Positions 9,428-19,231 of a stretch of 64,000 nucleotides of DNA are shown piece by piece; position 1 is the first letter of the stretch; each line of letters opens with the position of its first letter. The notes under the pieces are model-generated. The model searched no databases. It saw nothing but the letters and a program-made list of their open reading frames with translations, and was not told the DNA's origin. Source of the DNA: Nitrososphaerota archaeon (GTDB lineage: Archaea > Thermoproteota > Nitrososphaeria > Nitrososphaerales > Nitrosopumilaceae); assembly GCA_028867755.1 (NCBI GenBank), contig JAGWFT010000001.1, positions 900,727-964,726 on the forward strand. Reading direction: 5' to 3'. The position numbers and the translations under genes are program-made.

Positions 9428-10600
9428 TTGCTGAGGGTCTCAGAAATTCCAACAAAAAAAGCCAAACATGTAAACAAGTTTGGTAAGCTTGTTTTGGAAG
9501 ATGGCACTGTTTTTAACGGAATGGGTTTTGGTTATTCTACGACTGTTTCTGGCGAGGCAGTTTTCAATACTGGGATGACTGGCTACACTGAATCTCTAAC
9601 TGACCCGTCATACAGCGGGCAAATTCTTACCCTCACATATCCATTGATAGGAAACTATGGAATTCCAAATGTTTCAGAAAAAGACAAAGATGGTATCAAA
9701 AAATACCTAGAGTCTGATAAGATACAGGTGCGTGCACTTGTGGTACACGAGTTGTCACTTACCGCAAGCCACTGGAATCTTGCCATGACGCTAGATGAGT
9801 GGCTGTACAACGAGAAAATACCTGGGATTGCAGGAATTGATACAAGGGAGCTTACAACAAAACTTAGGACAAAAGGTGTCATGATGGCAATACTTGCCGT
9901 ATCTGAAAAAGAAATTGATGAGCAAGAACTAAAAAAACAACTTGCATCTGCCAAAAAGTATTCTGATGATGAATTTATGACTGCAGTATCCACCAAGGAG
10001 CCTCAGACATATGGTACGGAAAAAGAGTCTATTGTGGTAGTGGATACAGGTGTAAAAAATGCCATACTGCGAAATATAATAAAACTTGGGTACAAAGTAA
10101 TACGTGTTCCGTGGAACTATTCTGTAGAAAAGATTCTTGCGTATAACCCAAAAGGTATTGTAATATCAAATGGTCCTGGCGATCCGCTAAAATGTGCAGA
10201 GACCATGAACACTGCTAAAACATTGATTGACAAAAATATTCCAACACTTGGAATATGTCTTGGTGCGCAGATTCTTGGGCTTGCAGGTGGTGCTAGCACA
10301 TACAAGATAAAGTATGGCCATCGTGGACAAAACAAGTCATGCATCAATTTAGACACAAAGCAAGTTTATGTGACAAGCCAGAACCACGGATACTGCATAA
10401 ACCCAGACTCGCTAAAAAATACCAACTTCAAATTATGGTTTGAAAATACCGATGACAAGACAGTAGAAGGAATAAAGCACAAGGAAAAAAAGATAATTGC
10501 AGTCCAGTTTCATCCGGAAGCGTCACCTGGTCCTTTTGATTGTATGTTTATTTTTGAAGAGCTCAAGAAACTCATAGGGGAGGGCAATGCCAAAAAATGA
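9428..10600 (+). CDS. carA: Carbamoyl-phosphate synthase small (glutaminase) subunit
   Basis: GEAVFNTGMTGY, LTDPSYSGQ, SNGPGDP, catalytic LGICLG, SQNHGY and QFHPE. TTG start. Confidence 0.97.
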   Translation: MLRVSEIPTKKAKHVNKFGKLVLEDGTVFNGMGFGYSTTVSGEAVFNTGMTGYTESLTDPSYSGQILTLTYPLIGNYGIPNVSEKDKDGIKKYLESDKIQVRALVVHELSLTASHWNLAMTLDEWLYNEKIPGIAGIDTRELTTKLRTKGVMMAILAVSEKEIDEQELKKQLASAKKYSDDEFMTAVSTKEPQTYGTEKESIVVVDTGVKNAILRNIIKLGYKVIRVPWNYSVEKILAYNPKGIVISNGPGDPLKCAETMNTAKTLIDKNIPTLGICLGAQILGLAGGASTYKIKYGHRGQNKSCINLDTKQVYVTSQNHGYCINPDSLKNTNFKLWFENTDDKTVEGIKHKEKKIIAVQFHPEASPGPFDCMFIFEELKKLIGEGNAKK

Positions 10601-13600
10601 GTCGCTAAAAAAAATATTGGTTCTTGGCAGTGGGGCAATTAAAATCGGAGAAGCAGGCGAAAGTCACTAAATGACCGTCAATTCGACTACTCCGGTAGCC
10701 AGTGCCTCAAGGCCATCAAGGAAGAAGGGATACAGAGCATTCTTGTAAATCCAAACATCGCAACAATTCAGACTGACACAAGATTTGCAGATAAAGTATA
10801 TTCCATTCCAGTAAACCCACAGTACGTAGAGTCCATCATAGAGTCTGAAAGGCCAGACGGTCTGATGCTTGGGTTTGGAGGACAGACTGCCCTGAACTGT
10901 GGAGTAAAACTCGACGAGATGGGCATACTCAAAAAATATGATGTACGTGTACTTGGCACGCAGGTAGCAGGAATTCGTGCAACAGAAGACAGGCAGCTCT
11001 TCAAAGACGCCATGATAGAGTGTGGTGTTCCAGTATTGAAGAGCAGGACAGTTTACAACTTTGAGCAGGCAAAAGAGATTGCAAATGAACTTGGCTATCC
11101 TGTGATCATACGTGTTGCATATACGTTAGGTGGAAAAGGCGGAGGGGTTGCCCACAATGAAATTGAATTGCATGAAATTGTGACAAGGGGCCTTAATGCA
11201 AGTCTTGTTGGCCAGGTTCTAATCGAGGAATATGTTGGACACTGGAAGCAGATAGAGTATGAGGTCATGGCAGACTATCACGGAAACAATATCATAATTT
11301 GTAACATGGAAAATGTTCTTTCAATGAGGGTGCATACTGGTGACAATATCGTTGTGGCACCATCACAAACACTTGACAATTATGAATACCAGCTGTTAAG
11401 GTCTGCTGGACTGCGGGCAGCAAAACATGTTGGGATTGTTGGTGAATGCAACATCCAGTTTGCACTAGATGTTGATTCTGACAAGTATGTTGCAATAGAG
11501 ATGAACCCGAGACTCTCGCGTTCGTCTGCACTTGCAAGCAAGGCAACAGGATACCCGATAGCATACATGGCAGCAAAGATCGGGATGGGTTACACCCTGT
11601 CTGAGCTTGTAAATCGCATAACAAAAACCACCACTGCGTGCTTTGAGCCATCGCTTGACTATATAGTATGCAAGCATCCGCGATGGGATTTTAGCAAGTT
11701 TGAGCTTGCAAACCGAAGCCTTGGGCCTACGATGAAATCAGTAGGAGAGGTGATGGCAGTAGGAAGATGCTTTGAAGAATCATTTCAAAAGGCAATTCGA
11801 ATGCTGGAGATTGGAAATGATGGTCTTGTTGCAAACAGGAACCCTGACAAAGTTTACGATATCGAGGATCTAGAAGACAAGCTGCAAAAAGCAGATGACC
11901 GTATACTGTATCATGTTGCAGCTGCACTACGGCAGGGAATCTCAGTTGAGAGGATCTGCAAGCTTTCTGCAATTGACCCGTGGTTTATTGAAAAAATTCA
12001 AAACATTGTAGAGACAGAAAAAAATCTCAAAGAGTCCAAGTTTGAAAAAAATATTTTGCACAAGGCAAAAAAATTCGGGTTCTCAGACAAGCAGATTGGA
12101 AGACTGGTAGGAAAAGACGACATGGAGATTCGAAAGACAAGAAAAGAATTTGGAATCGTGCCAGTAGTAAAGCGAATAGACACACTTGCAGCAGAGTGGC
12201 CTGCAAAGACAAACTATCTCTATCTTACGTATGGCGGAACAACAAATGACTTTGAGGTAACCTCTGACAATGAAAAGATAGCAGTGCTTGGGGCAGGACC
12301 ATATCGCATTGGGAGCAGCGTAGAGTTTGACTGGGGAACTGTAAACATGGTCTGGGGTCTAAAAGAAAACGGCGTAAAAGAAGTCTCTGTGATAAACTGT
12401 AACCCGGAAACCGTATCAACAGACTATGACATTTGTGACAGGCTGTACTTTGAAGAGTTGACACTTGAGCGAGTCCTTGACATTGCAGAGTTTGAAAAAC
12501 TCACAGGCATTGTAACTGCAGTGGGAGGCCAGACTGCAAACAACCTTACGCCAAAGCTTGCAAAAAATGGAATCAAGATAATTGGAACGTCATACGAAGA
12601 CATTGACAGGGCAGAGAATAGGTCTCACTTTAGCAAGGTACTTGACGAGCTACACATAAGGCAGCCCCCATGGCAGGCATTCTCAAGTCTTGCTGATGCC
12701 AAGAAATTTGCGCTAAAGGTTGGCTATCCTGTTCTTGTAAGGCCGTCTTACGTGCTAAGTGGCGCTGCAATGAAGGTTGTCTGGTCCGAAGAGCAACTCA
12801 AAAGATATCTTGAGGAGGCAACCAATGTCTCGCCAGACTATCCTGTAGTGATTACAAAATTTATGCTAAATTCTCTTGAGGCCGAAGTGGATGGCGTATC
12901 TGATGGAAAAAATGTTGTAATCGGTGCTGTAATAGAACACATCGAAGGTGCAGGTGTTCACTCTGGAGACTCTATGATGTGCATCCCGCCCTGGAGTCTT
13001 TCAAACAAGGTGATTGAAACAATACTTGATTACACCAAAAAAATTGCCACTGCGTTTACGATAAAGGGGCCGTTTAATTTGCAATTTCTGATAAACTCTG
13101 ATCAGGTCTTTGTAATTGAGCTTAACATCAGGGCCTCGCGCTCTATGCCTTTTGTGTCAAAATTTGTCAGGATGAATCTTATCAATCTTGCAGCAAAGGC
13201 AGTACTTGGGAAAACTCTTCCTGTGGTTCCAAAAGACAGGTGGCGCAAGATACACAACTATGGAATCAAGGTACCACAGTTTTCATTTATGCAGCTTGAA
13301 GGCGCTGATGTCATACTTGGAGTAGAGATGCAGTCAACAGGAGAAGCCGCTTGCTTTGGCGAGAGCTTTTACGACGCACTTGCAAAGGGGCTAATATCAG
13401 TGGGATACTCTCTGCCAAAGGAAGGGTCTGTACTGATAACAGCAGGAGGCTCTGAGAACAAGGAAAAACTCTTGCAGACAGCACTCTTGCTCAAAAGTCT
13501 TGGATATACGATTCTTGCAACAGAGCACACTGCAGAATTTCTGTCAGACAAGAGGATAGGAGATGTACAAATAGTATACAAGATTAGCGAGCCTCAAAGA

Positions 13601-13852
13601 AAGCCAAACATTGCAGACATGTTGTACGAGCGCAAGATTGATTTTATAATAAATGTTCCAAGCACATCGACACTTGAAAAATATGTTGGAATGTTGTACG
13701 ACGAGTATCAGATTAGAAGAAAGGCAGTAGAGCTTGGTATACCAGTACTGATAACGACAGAGCTTGCAGACTCTTTTGCAAAGACACTAGAGTGGTTGAG
13801 GCACAATGAGACGACCAAAAAACCACTCGAGTCATACGAGTCCATTCAGTAG
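10587..13852 (+). CDS. carB: Carbamoyl-phosphate synthase large subunit, split by a 20-nt intron: join(10587..10661,10682..13852), 1081 aa
   Basis: ATG 10587 gives MPKNESLKKILVLGSGAIKIGEAGE, then a 20-nt insertion, then FDYSGSQCLKAIKEEG in frame with the 10865..13852 ORF (two ATP-grasp domains plus MGS domain). The joined product restores the conserved IGxAxEFDYSG motif. Confidence 0.93.
10662..10681 (+). other. Putative bulge-helix-bulge (BHB) mRNA intron in carB (AGUCACUAAAUGACCGUCAA)
   Basis: Central 4-bp helix GGCG(10656-59)/CGUC(10676-79), 3-nt bulges AAA(10660-62) and AAU(10680-82), intron stem GUCA/UGAC. Cutting after the 2nd nt of each bulge gives GGC GAA|UUC GAC, the exact frame restoration. 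Confidence 0.85.
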
Positions 13853-13858
13853 ACTTTT

Positions 13859-14815
13859 CTAAAATGAGTCGTCGATGCCGAGGCTTTTTCTTAGTATCTT
13901 TGCGACATTTCTTATTGTCACACTGCTAATGCCTGATGCTTTTGCAATCTTGTCCTGAGTAAACTTTTCCTCGTTTAGTACTCCAGATATGAACATGGCA
14001 GTTGCTGCAAGCGATATCGGGCTTTTGCCATCTGTTATTCCTTTTTCTTTTGCTCTGTAAAGTATGTCAAGTGCATCTCTTTTTGCTTTCTCGCTAGAAC
14101 CAATGGCTGTACCTATCTTTGATACAAACTCTGATGGGTCAAATGCATCTACTTGCAAGTCAAGTGCCTTGACAAATACTCTATAGTGTCTTGAAAGCTC
14201 CTTGACTGTTACGTTTCCTGCATGTGCAATATCGCTTAGAGCTCTTGGAACATTTGATTCCCTGCAAGAAATGCATAATGCAGAAAGAATCATTCCTGTT
14301 ATGGTTCTTCCTCTGATGATATTTTTTGTTAGTGCCTTTCTATACAGGTAAGCTGCTCTTTCAATTACAGCATCTGAGAGCTCAAGTTTTGATTGTATTG
14401 ATGTCATGACAGCAAATGCTGCACGTAAGTTTCTCTCAGTTGAGCTTGACTTGCTTCTGCTGTCCCACGTTCTTAATCTATTAAACGTGTACTTCATGTA
14501 ACTTGAAATTGAATTTCCTAATGCATCTCTTCCAGTGTTTCCAATCATTGTTGACAATCCCTTGTCGTGAATGGCAAGTGTAGAGGCCATTCCTGTTCTT
14601 GCATTGTTGTTATACTCTTCTGGAGTGAATGATTTTTGCTCAGGACCGGTATCTTCTACCTTGTCTGCTAGTACTGCACCACAACTTGCGCACAAGATCT
14701 CGCCTCGTATGTTGTCAGTAATCAGCGGTCCATGGGATTTTCTACCGTCTGCGCACGCATCCTTGGTGCCTTTTTGAACTATACACTTCTGTCCGGATTT
14801 GCTATTAACTATCAT
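13859..14815 (-). CDS. tfb: Transcription initiation factor IIB (TFB paralog)
   Basis: Zn ribbon (GEILCASCGAVL), B-reader/linker (HDKGLSTMIG, RLRTWDSR) and cyclin repeats (GRT, TDGKSP, GISSVTIRN). Confidence 0.93.
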   Translation of the reverse strand: MIVNSKSGQKCIVQKGTKDACADGRKSHGPLITDNIRGEILCASCGAVLADKVEDTGPEQKSFTPEEYNNNARTGMASTLAIHDKGLSTMIGNTGRDALGNSISSYMKYTFNRLRTWDSRSKSSSTERNLRAAFAVMTSIQSKLELSDAVIERAAYLYRKALTKNIIRGRTITGMILSALCISCRESNVPRALSDIAHAGNVTVKELSRHYRVFVKALDLQVDAFDPSEFVSKIGTAIGSSEKAKRDALDILYRAKEKGITDGKSPISLAATAMFISGVLNEEKFTQDKIAKASGISSVTIRNVAKILRKSLGIDDSF

Positions 14816-14930
14816 TTGTATATCTAATATAGTAATGAAAGTATTTAAACACTAAAGTAAGAAACCGGATATTAACTGAAGGCATGGTAAGTTGGGTATT
14901 TAAAAAAAGACAGAATTTTGGAGTATCGCA

Positions 14931-15551
14931 CTAGCCGTACCAATCGTGAGCTATTGCATGTATGTCCTTGATTGCCTTTGCAAAATTGCTTGCCTTGGTA
15001 TCCTCGTCTCTGTTCATTGCTTCTGCCAAGACTCCCTTCACTTCACTGAATCCCATGAATTGAAACTCGGCATTGGAAAGAGACAATGCGTGCTCCCATG
15101 CTTTCATTGGCCCAGTGCTGTAAGCACCTCCGCTAGAAACTATTGTTAGTGCTTTTTTCCCTTGCATCAATCCGGCATAGCTTCCATCTTTGGCATCCCA
15201 CGTGTGACCTTTTAGCATGATAGAATCAAACCAAGCCTTGACTGCTGCTGGCATGGAAAAGTTGAACATTGGGTATGCCAGTACTACCATGTCAGCCGAT
15301 TTTACCTGCTCTGTCATCTTGTCCATCTTGGTCAAGAGGCTCTTTTGTTCTGGTGGCAGGCTCTGCCCTAAATAATCACGCGAGATGTATGCCATAAGAT
15401 TATCAGACAAGAATAGGTCTGGGACATCCTTGGTAAGATCAAGCTCTTCAATTGTAGAGTTTTTTACTCTAGACTTGAATTCTTCTAGAATTTTTCTTGT
15501 GTTGGAGCGCTCTCCGCGCGGAACATATTTTACAACAAGTGTCTTGGTCAA
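14931..15551 (-). CDS. azoR: FMN-dependent NADH azoreductase / quinone reductase (flavodoxin-like fold)
   Basis: PRGERSNT, ADMVVLAYPMFNFSMPAAVKAWFD and GKKALTIVSSGG. TTG start with SD AGGTGA. Confidence 0.85.
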   Translation of the reverse strand: MTKTLVVKYVPRGERSNTRKILEEFKSRVKNSTIEELDLTKDVPDLFLSDNLMAYISRDYLGQSLPPEQKSLLTKMDKMTEQVKSADMVVLAYPMFNFSMPAAVKAWFDSIMLKGHTWDAKDGSYAGLMQGKKALTIVSSGGAYSTGPMKAWEHALSLSNAEFQFMGFSEVKGVLAEAMNRDEDTKASNFAKAIKDIHAIAHDWYG

Positions 15552-15567
15552 TCTATCTCACCTAAAT

Positions 15568-15604
15568 TTTCTATACTAGATATAGAAAGGTAAGTATTTA
15601 AATC
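15568..15604. promoter_or_regulatory. Divergent azoR/hxlR promoter with candidate operator
   Basis: TATTTAAAT (15596-15604). Inverted repeat TTTCTATA-N5-TATAGAAA (15568-15588). The minus strand reads ATACTTACCTTTCTATA, shared with 16122-16138. Confidence 0.5.
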
Positions 15605-15644
15605 AGGCAGTAACTACAAGTAAATCAACTGAGGTTGTGGTGAG

Positions 15645-16055
15645 TTGAAAGAAGAAGAGTGCAACATACTGATGGACAACATGAAAGCATGTCCTATTGA
15701 CAATACATTTGCAATAATTGGAAGAAAGTTCACCGTACACATCATACGAAATATGACACGACTGAACCAAAGTAGATTCAATGAATTTCTTGATTCAATT
15801 GAGGGCATAAACCCAAAGACACTGTCCGCAAGACTGCGCGAGATGGAAAAAAATGGGTTGATTGAGAGGAAGATCTACCCTGGGAGCCCTGTAAGGATAG
15901 AATATTCCATGACTGAAAAAGGCAAGGCGCTAAAACCAGTTCTGGAACAAATGGCTGCGTTTTCTATGCAACACTGCGCAAAAGAAGTCTTCAAGGATGG
16001 AAAGCCTCGTGTATTCAAACAAGTGTTTGAAAAACCTCCAAGGATTGCAAAATAA
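15645..16055 (+). CDS. HxlR/MarR-DUF24 family winged-helix regulator (redox/quinone-sensing type)
   Basis: ACPIDNTFAIIGRKF, GINPKTLSARLREMEKNGLIER and PVRIEYSMTEKG. N-terminal Cys residues. Confidence 0.9.
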   Translation: MKEEECNILMDNMKACPIDNTFAIIGRKFTVHIIRNMTRLNQSRFNEFLDSIEGINPKTLSARLREMEKNGLIERKIYPGSPVRIEYSMTEKGKALKPVLEQMAAFSMQHCAKEVFKDGKPRVFKQVFEKPPRIAK

Positions 16056-16116
16056 AATTCTAAAAACGTTTACACTTACCCCAAGTTAATCTGATTTCCC
16101 AAACTTCACTTTCCAT

Positions 16117-16141
16117 CTTATATACTTACCATTGTATAGTA
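16117..16141 (+). promoter_or_regulatory. TATA box followed by second copy of the candidate HxlR-family operator
   Basis: CTTATATA followed by ATACTTACCATTGTATAGTA; 15/17 identical to the azoR promoter motif. Confidence 0.45.
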
Positions 16142-16157
16142 ACTATAAGAACGTAAT

Positions 16158-16496
16158 ATGGAATGTACATCTGAAACATGCAATACAAAAGAACATGCAA
16201 CGTGTTCATGTAGCTCTGAAATGCATGGTGAACAATGCGGATGCGATGAAATAGATGCAGTACATCATGTCATGGATCTGTGGCACAAGGCATTCCATGA
16301 CGCGATGCACGAAGCCCAAGTGGAACGACTCAAAAAAAGAATAGATGCTAATTTTGGGCCTACCATGGACAAAGCAGCTGATGCGTTTATTGAAACAGCA
16401 GGCAAGGTATTCCAATCCGTTGTTGTAAAATCCGAAGCAAAAAAAGAGCTAGAATCAAAGTTGCAGAAAATCCTTTCTGAAACAAGTAGGAGATAA
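16158..16496 (+). CDS. Cys/His-rich putative metal-binding protein
   Basis: 112 aa. N-terminus CxxxxC...HxxCxC...HxxxCxC, His-rich middle and helical C-terminus. Confidence 0.75.
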   Translation: MECTSETCNTKEHATCSCSSEMHGEQCGCDEIDAVHHVMDLWHKAFHDAMHEAQVERLKKRIDANFGPTMDKAADAFIETAGKVFQSVVVKSEAKKELESKLQKILSETSRR

Positions 16497-16526
16497 CTCC
16501 CCAATTATCTCCTGCTTTATTTTTTT
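16489..16526 (+). terminator. Hairpin plus T-tract terminator
   Basis: GGAGATAA/TTATCTCC 8-bp stem spanning the stop codon, followed by TTTATTTTTTT. Confidence 0.5.
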
Positions 16527-16657
16527 ATAACTTGGAAAATTAGCGGTAGGATATGAGATGACCATGCATGGACAATTCTGATCGTGAAATATTTGATGCC
16601 TATGTGAATGTGGGCAAATAACGAAGGTATAAGGTATAGCAACGACACTACAAACTC

Positions 16658-18856
16658 ATAAACAAAAATGAAACCTCGCTGAAAATATTAGAAGCATATA
16701 CTCGTGATGTTGGTAGAGTCATAGCACGAATCGATTACAATTCCATGGAATCCCTTGGGGTATCAACTGGAGACATTTTAGAGATCAAAGGAAAGCGAAG
16801 ATCGGTTGCAAAATGCCTTCCACTTTATCCGTCTGATGAAGGAAAAGGGGTTATTCGGGTAGATGGTCTTGGACGAAACAATGCAGGTGTAGCAATAGGG
16901 GATACCGTTGTTGTATCCAAGATCAAGACAGTTGCAGCCGATAAGGTCCTAGTTGCACCACTAGAGTCAATCCCAAAGCTAGATGAGCGTTATCTTACTG
17001 ATTCGCTTGAAGGCGTTCCTTTGGTAAAAGGCGACAACGTCATGGTTCCTTACTTTGGAGGAAGGATAACGTTTCAGGTACTTGGATTAACGCCTCCTGC
17101 AGATGCTGTACTTGTAACTTCAAAGACAACATTTAACATTGCTGAAAAAGGCGCCGAGTTGCGCGGGGTTCCACAGGTCTCGTACGAAGATATCGGGGGA
17201 TTAACAGATGAGATCAAAAAAGTTCGTGAAATGATAGAGCTTCCAATGCGACATCCGGAGATTTTTGAGAAACTAGGAGTAGAGGCCCCAAAGGGAATAT
17301 TGCTTTATGGAGTTCCGGGTACTGGCAAGACACTTTTGGCAAAAGCCGTTGCAAATGAAAGCAACGCCAATTTTCTTAGCATATCAGGACCTGAGATAAT
17401 GAGTAAATTTTATGGAGAAAGCGAAGCAAGGCTTAGAGAGATTTTCAAGGAAGCGCGTGAAAAGGCACCATCCATCATATTCATAGATGAGATTGATTCT
17501 ATTGCTCCAAAACGTGAAGAGGTAACAGGTGAGGTTGAGAGAAGAGTGGTATCCCAAATGCTTTCACTGATGGACGGTCTTGAGGGAAGAGGCAAGGTAA
17601 TTGTGATTGCTGCAACAAATAGACCAAATGCGCTTGATCCTGCATTGCGAAGACCTGGAAGGTTTGACAGAGAAATTGAAATCCGAATCCCAGACAAGAA
17701 GGGCCGGCTACAGATACTTTTGATTCACACAAGAAACATGCCATTAAATGAAGATGTCAACTTGGAAAAAATTGCAGCAACAAGCCATGGATATGTGGGA
17801 GCTGACCTTGAATATCTGTGCAAGGAAGCTGCAATGAAATGCTTGCGAAGACTGTTGCCAGAAATTAATCTTGCAGACGAAAAGATTCCAGTTGAAACTT
17901 TGGACAAGCTTATTGTAAATGATGAAGATTACCAGTTTGCATTTCGCGAAGTCACACCTGCCGGCATGCGTGAAGTTTACATTGAAAAGCCTGACGTAAA
18001 ATGGGACGAAATTGGAGGGCTTGAAAATGTAAAGCTTGAACTGCAAGAGGCAGTAGAGTGGCCAATGAAATATCCTGTACTTTATTCAAAACTTGGGCAC
18101 AAAATGCCAAAGGGAATCCTGCTTTATGGCTCAAGCGGCACTGGAAAGACACTTTTGGCAAAAGCTGTTGCAACAGAGAGCGAGGCTAATTTTATCTCTG
18201 TAAAGGGGCCTGAGCTTTTATCAAAATGGGTTGGAGAGTCAGAGCGTGGAATACGTGAGATATTTCGAAGGGCAAGGCAGGCGTCCCCCTGTGTAATATT
18301 TTTTGATGAGGTTGACTCTATTGCACCCATCAGGGGGTCTATGGACAGTGGGTCTAGTGAGAAAGTTGTTAGCCAGCTATTGACTGAGCTTGATGGCATT
18401 GCAAGCCTCAATGAGGTGGTAGTCATTGCGGCAACAAACAGGGCAGACATGATAGACAGAGCGTTGATTCGACCAGGGAGATTTGACAAGATAGTTCTAG
18501 TGCCAATTCCAGACAAAGCAGGACGACTCAAAATATTGCAGATTAGCTCAAGAGATGTTCCAATGTACGTGGGTGACGGTACTGCCACTGATGAAAATCC
18601 TGATTATGTCAATCTTGAAAAAGTTGCAGATTCAACTGATGGGTTTAGCGGTGCAGACGTTGCTGCAATTGCTAACACTGCTGCATCAATTGTGATAAAC
18701 GAGTTCATTGACAAGTATCCTGATCCAAAGGAGGCAGAAAAACACACCGAGGTTGCCAAAGTTATGATGCGACACTTTGAGGATGCAATCAAAAAAGTCA
18801 GGGCCCAAAAAGATCTAAAGATTGGGCAAAAATTATCTGTGTCACACTTTAGGTGA
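16658..18856 (+). CDS. cdc48: Cdc48/VCP/p97 AAA ATPase; conserved N-terminus begins ~29 codons upstream of the first in-frame ATG (16745)
   Basis: Two AAA modules ([34 protein letters not shown] x2). The upstream in-frame [26 protein letters not shown] matches the Cdc48 N-domain start; the first codon after the upstream TAG that fits is ATA 16658. Confidence 0.92.
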   Translation: MNKNETSLKILEAYTRDVGRVIARIDYNSMESLGVSTGDILEIKGKRRSVAKCLPLYPSDEGKGVIRVDGLGRNNAGVAIGDTVVVSKIKTVAADKVLVAPLESIPKLDERYLTDSLEGVPLVKGDNVMVPYFGGRITFQVLGLTPPADAVLVTSKTTFNIAEKGAELRGVPQVSYEDIGGLTDEIKKVREMIELPMRHPEIFEKLGVEAPKGILLYGVPGTGKTLLAKAVANESNANFLSISGPEIMSKFYGESEARLREIFKEAREKAPSIIFIDEIDSIAPKREEVTGEVERRVVSQMLSLMDGLEGRGKVIVIAATNRPNALDPALRRPGRFDREIEIRIPDKKGRLQILLIHTRNMPLNEDVNLEKIAATSHGYVGADLEYLCKEAAMKCLRRLLPEINLADEKIPVETLDKLIVNDEDYQFAFREVTPAGMREVYIEKPDVKWDEIGGLENVKLELQEAVEWPMKYPVLYSKLGHKMPKGILLYGSSGTGKTLLAKAVATESEANFISVKGPELLSKWVGESERGIREIFRRARQASPCVIFFDEVDSIAPIRGSMDSGSSEKVVSQLLTELDGIASLNEVVVIAATNRADMIDRALIRPGRFDKIVLVPIPDKAGRLKILQISSRDVPMYVGDGTATDENPDYVNLEKVADSTDGFSGADVAAIANTAASIVINEFIDKYPDPKEAEKHTEVAKVMMRHFEDAIKKVRAQKDLKIGQKLSVSHFR

Positions 18857-18970
18857 TTTTTTATCTGACACTGTTTGAAAAGAAGTGCTCTACCGCTCAC
18901 TTCTTTTCTATATTTGTTAACATGGGATTTTGTTGGAAAAAGGAAAAGACCCTTTCAGGTCAATTATGAT

Positions 18971-19024
18971 TTACTTTTTGCTTTTTGACTTCTTTGATTT
19001 TGCTTTTGATTTGGCTTTTGCCAT
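18971..19024 (-). CDS. Putative 17-aa Lys/Ser/Ala-rich micro-protein (MAKAKSKAKSKKSKSKK)
   Basis: Clean ATG..TAA. TATA-like CTTAATAG 22-29 nt upstream on the minus strand, consistent with a leaderless mRNA. Confidence 0.5.
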   Translation of the reverse strand: MAKAKSKAKSKKSKSKK

Positions 19025-19231
19025 ACAAAGTAAGACTTTGCATGGCTATTAAGCATAGGGTTTTTCGTTTTCTGACATTGATTTGTGATTTTTGCAATTA
19101 ATTTTGCTCAACTTTTTTGATTTGCAAAATTTGATTTGACTAAAACAGCATACAACATCAAATAGTTTGAACAAGAGATCTAACTGTCAATTGATTTTCT
19201 GCATTGTTTGATCTAAAATTTTGCTTTTCAT

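Noticed and set aside
10659-10684. Ribosomal hopping or programmed frameshift as the explanation for the carB break
   Set aside because: There is no matching take-off/landing codon (GAA versus CAA) and no slippery heptamer. A simple shift would insert extra residues into an invariant motif, whereas BHB cleavage removes the insert exactly.
10865-13852. ORF-track start of carB at Met 10865
   Set aside because: It would delete the first 86 conserved residues; the true N-terminus is clearly coded from 10587 across the 20-nt insert.
19060-19200. AT-rich stretch with TTTGAT(T) repeats as a replication origin
   Set aside because: No ORB-like G-string repeats and no cdc6/orc1 nearby.
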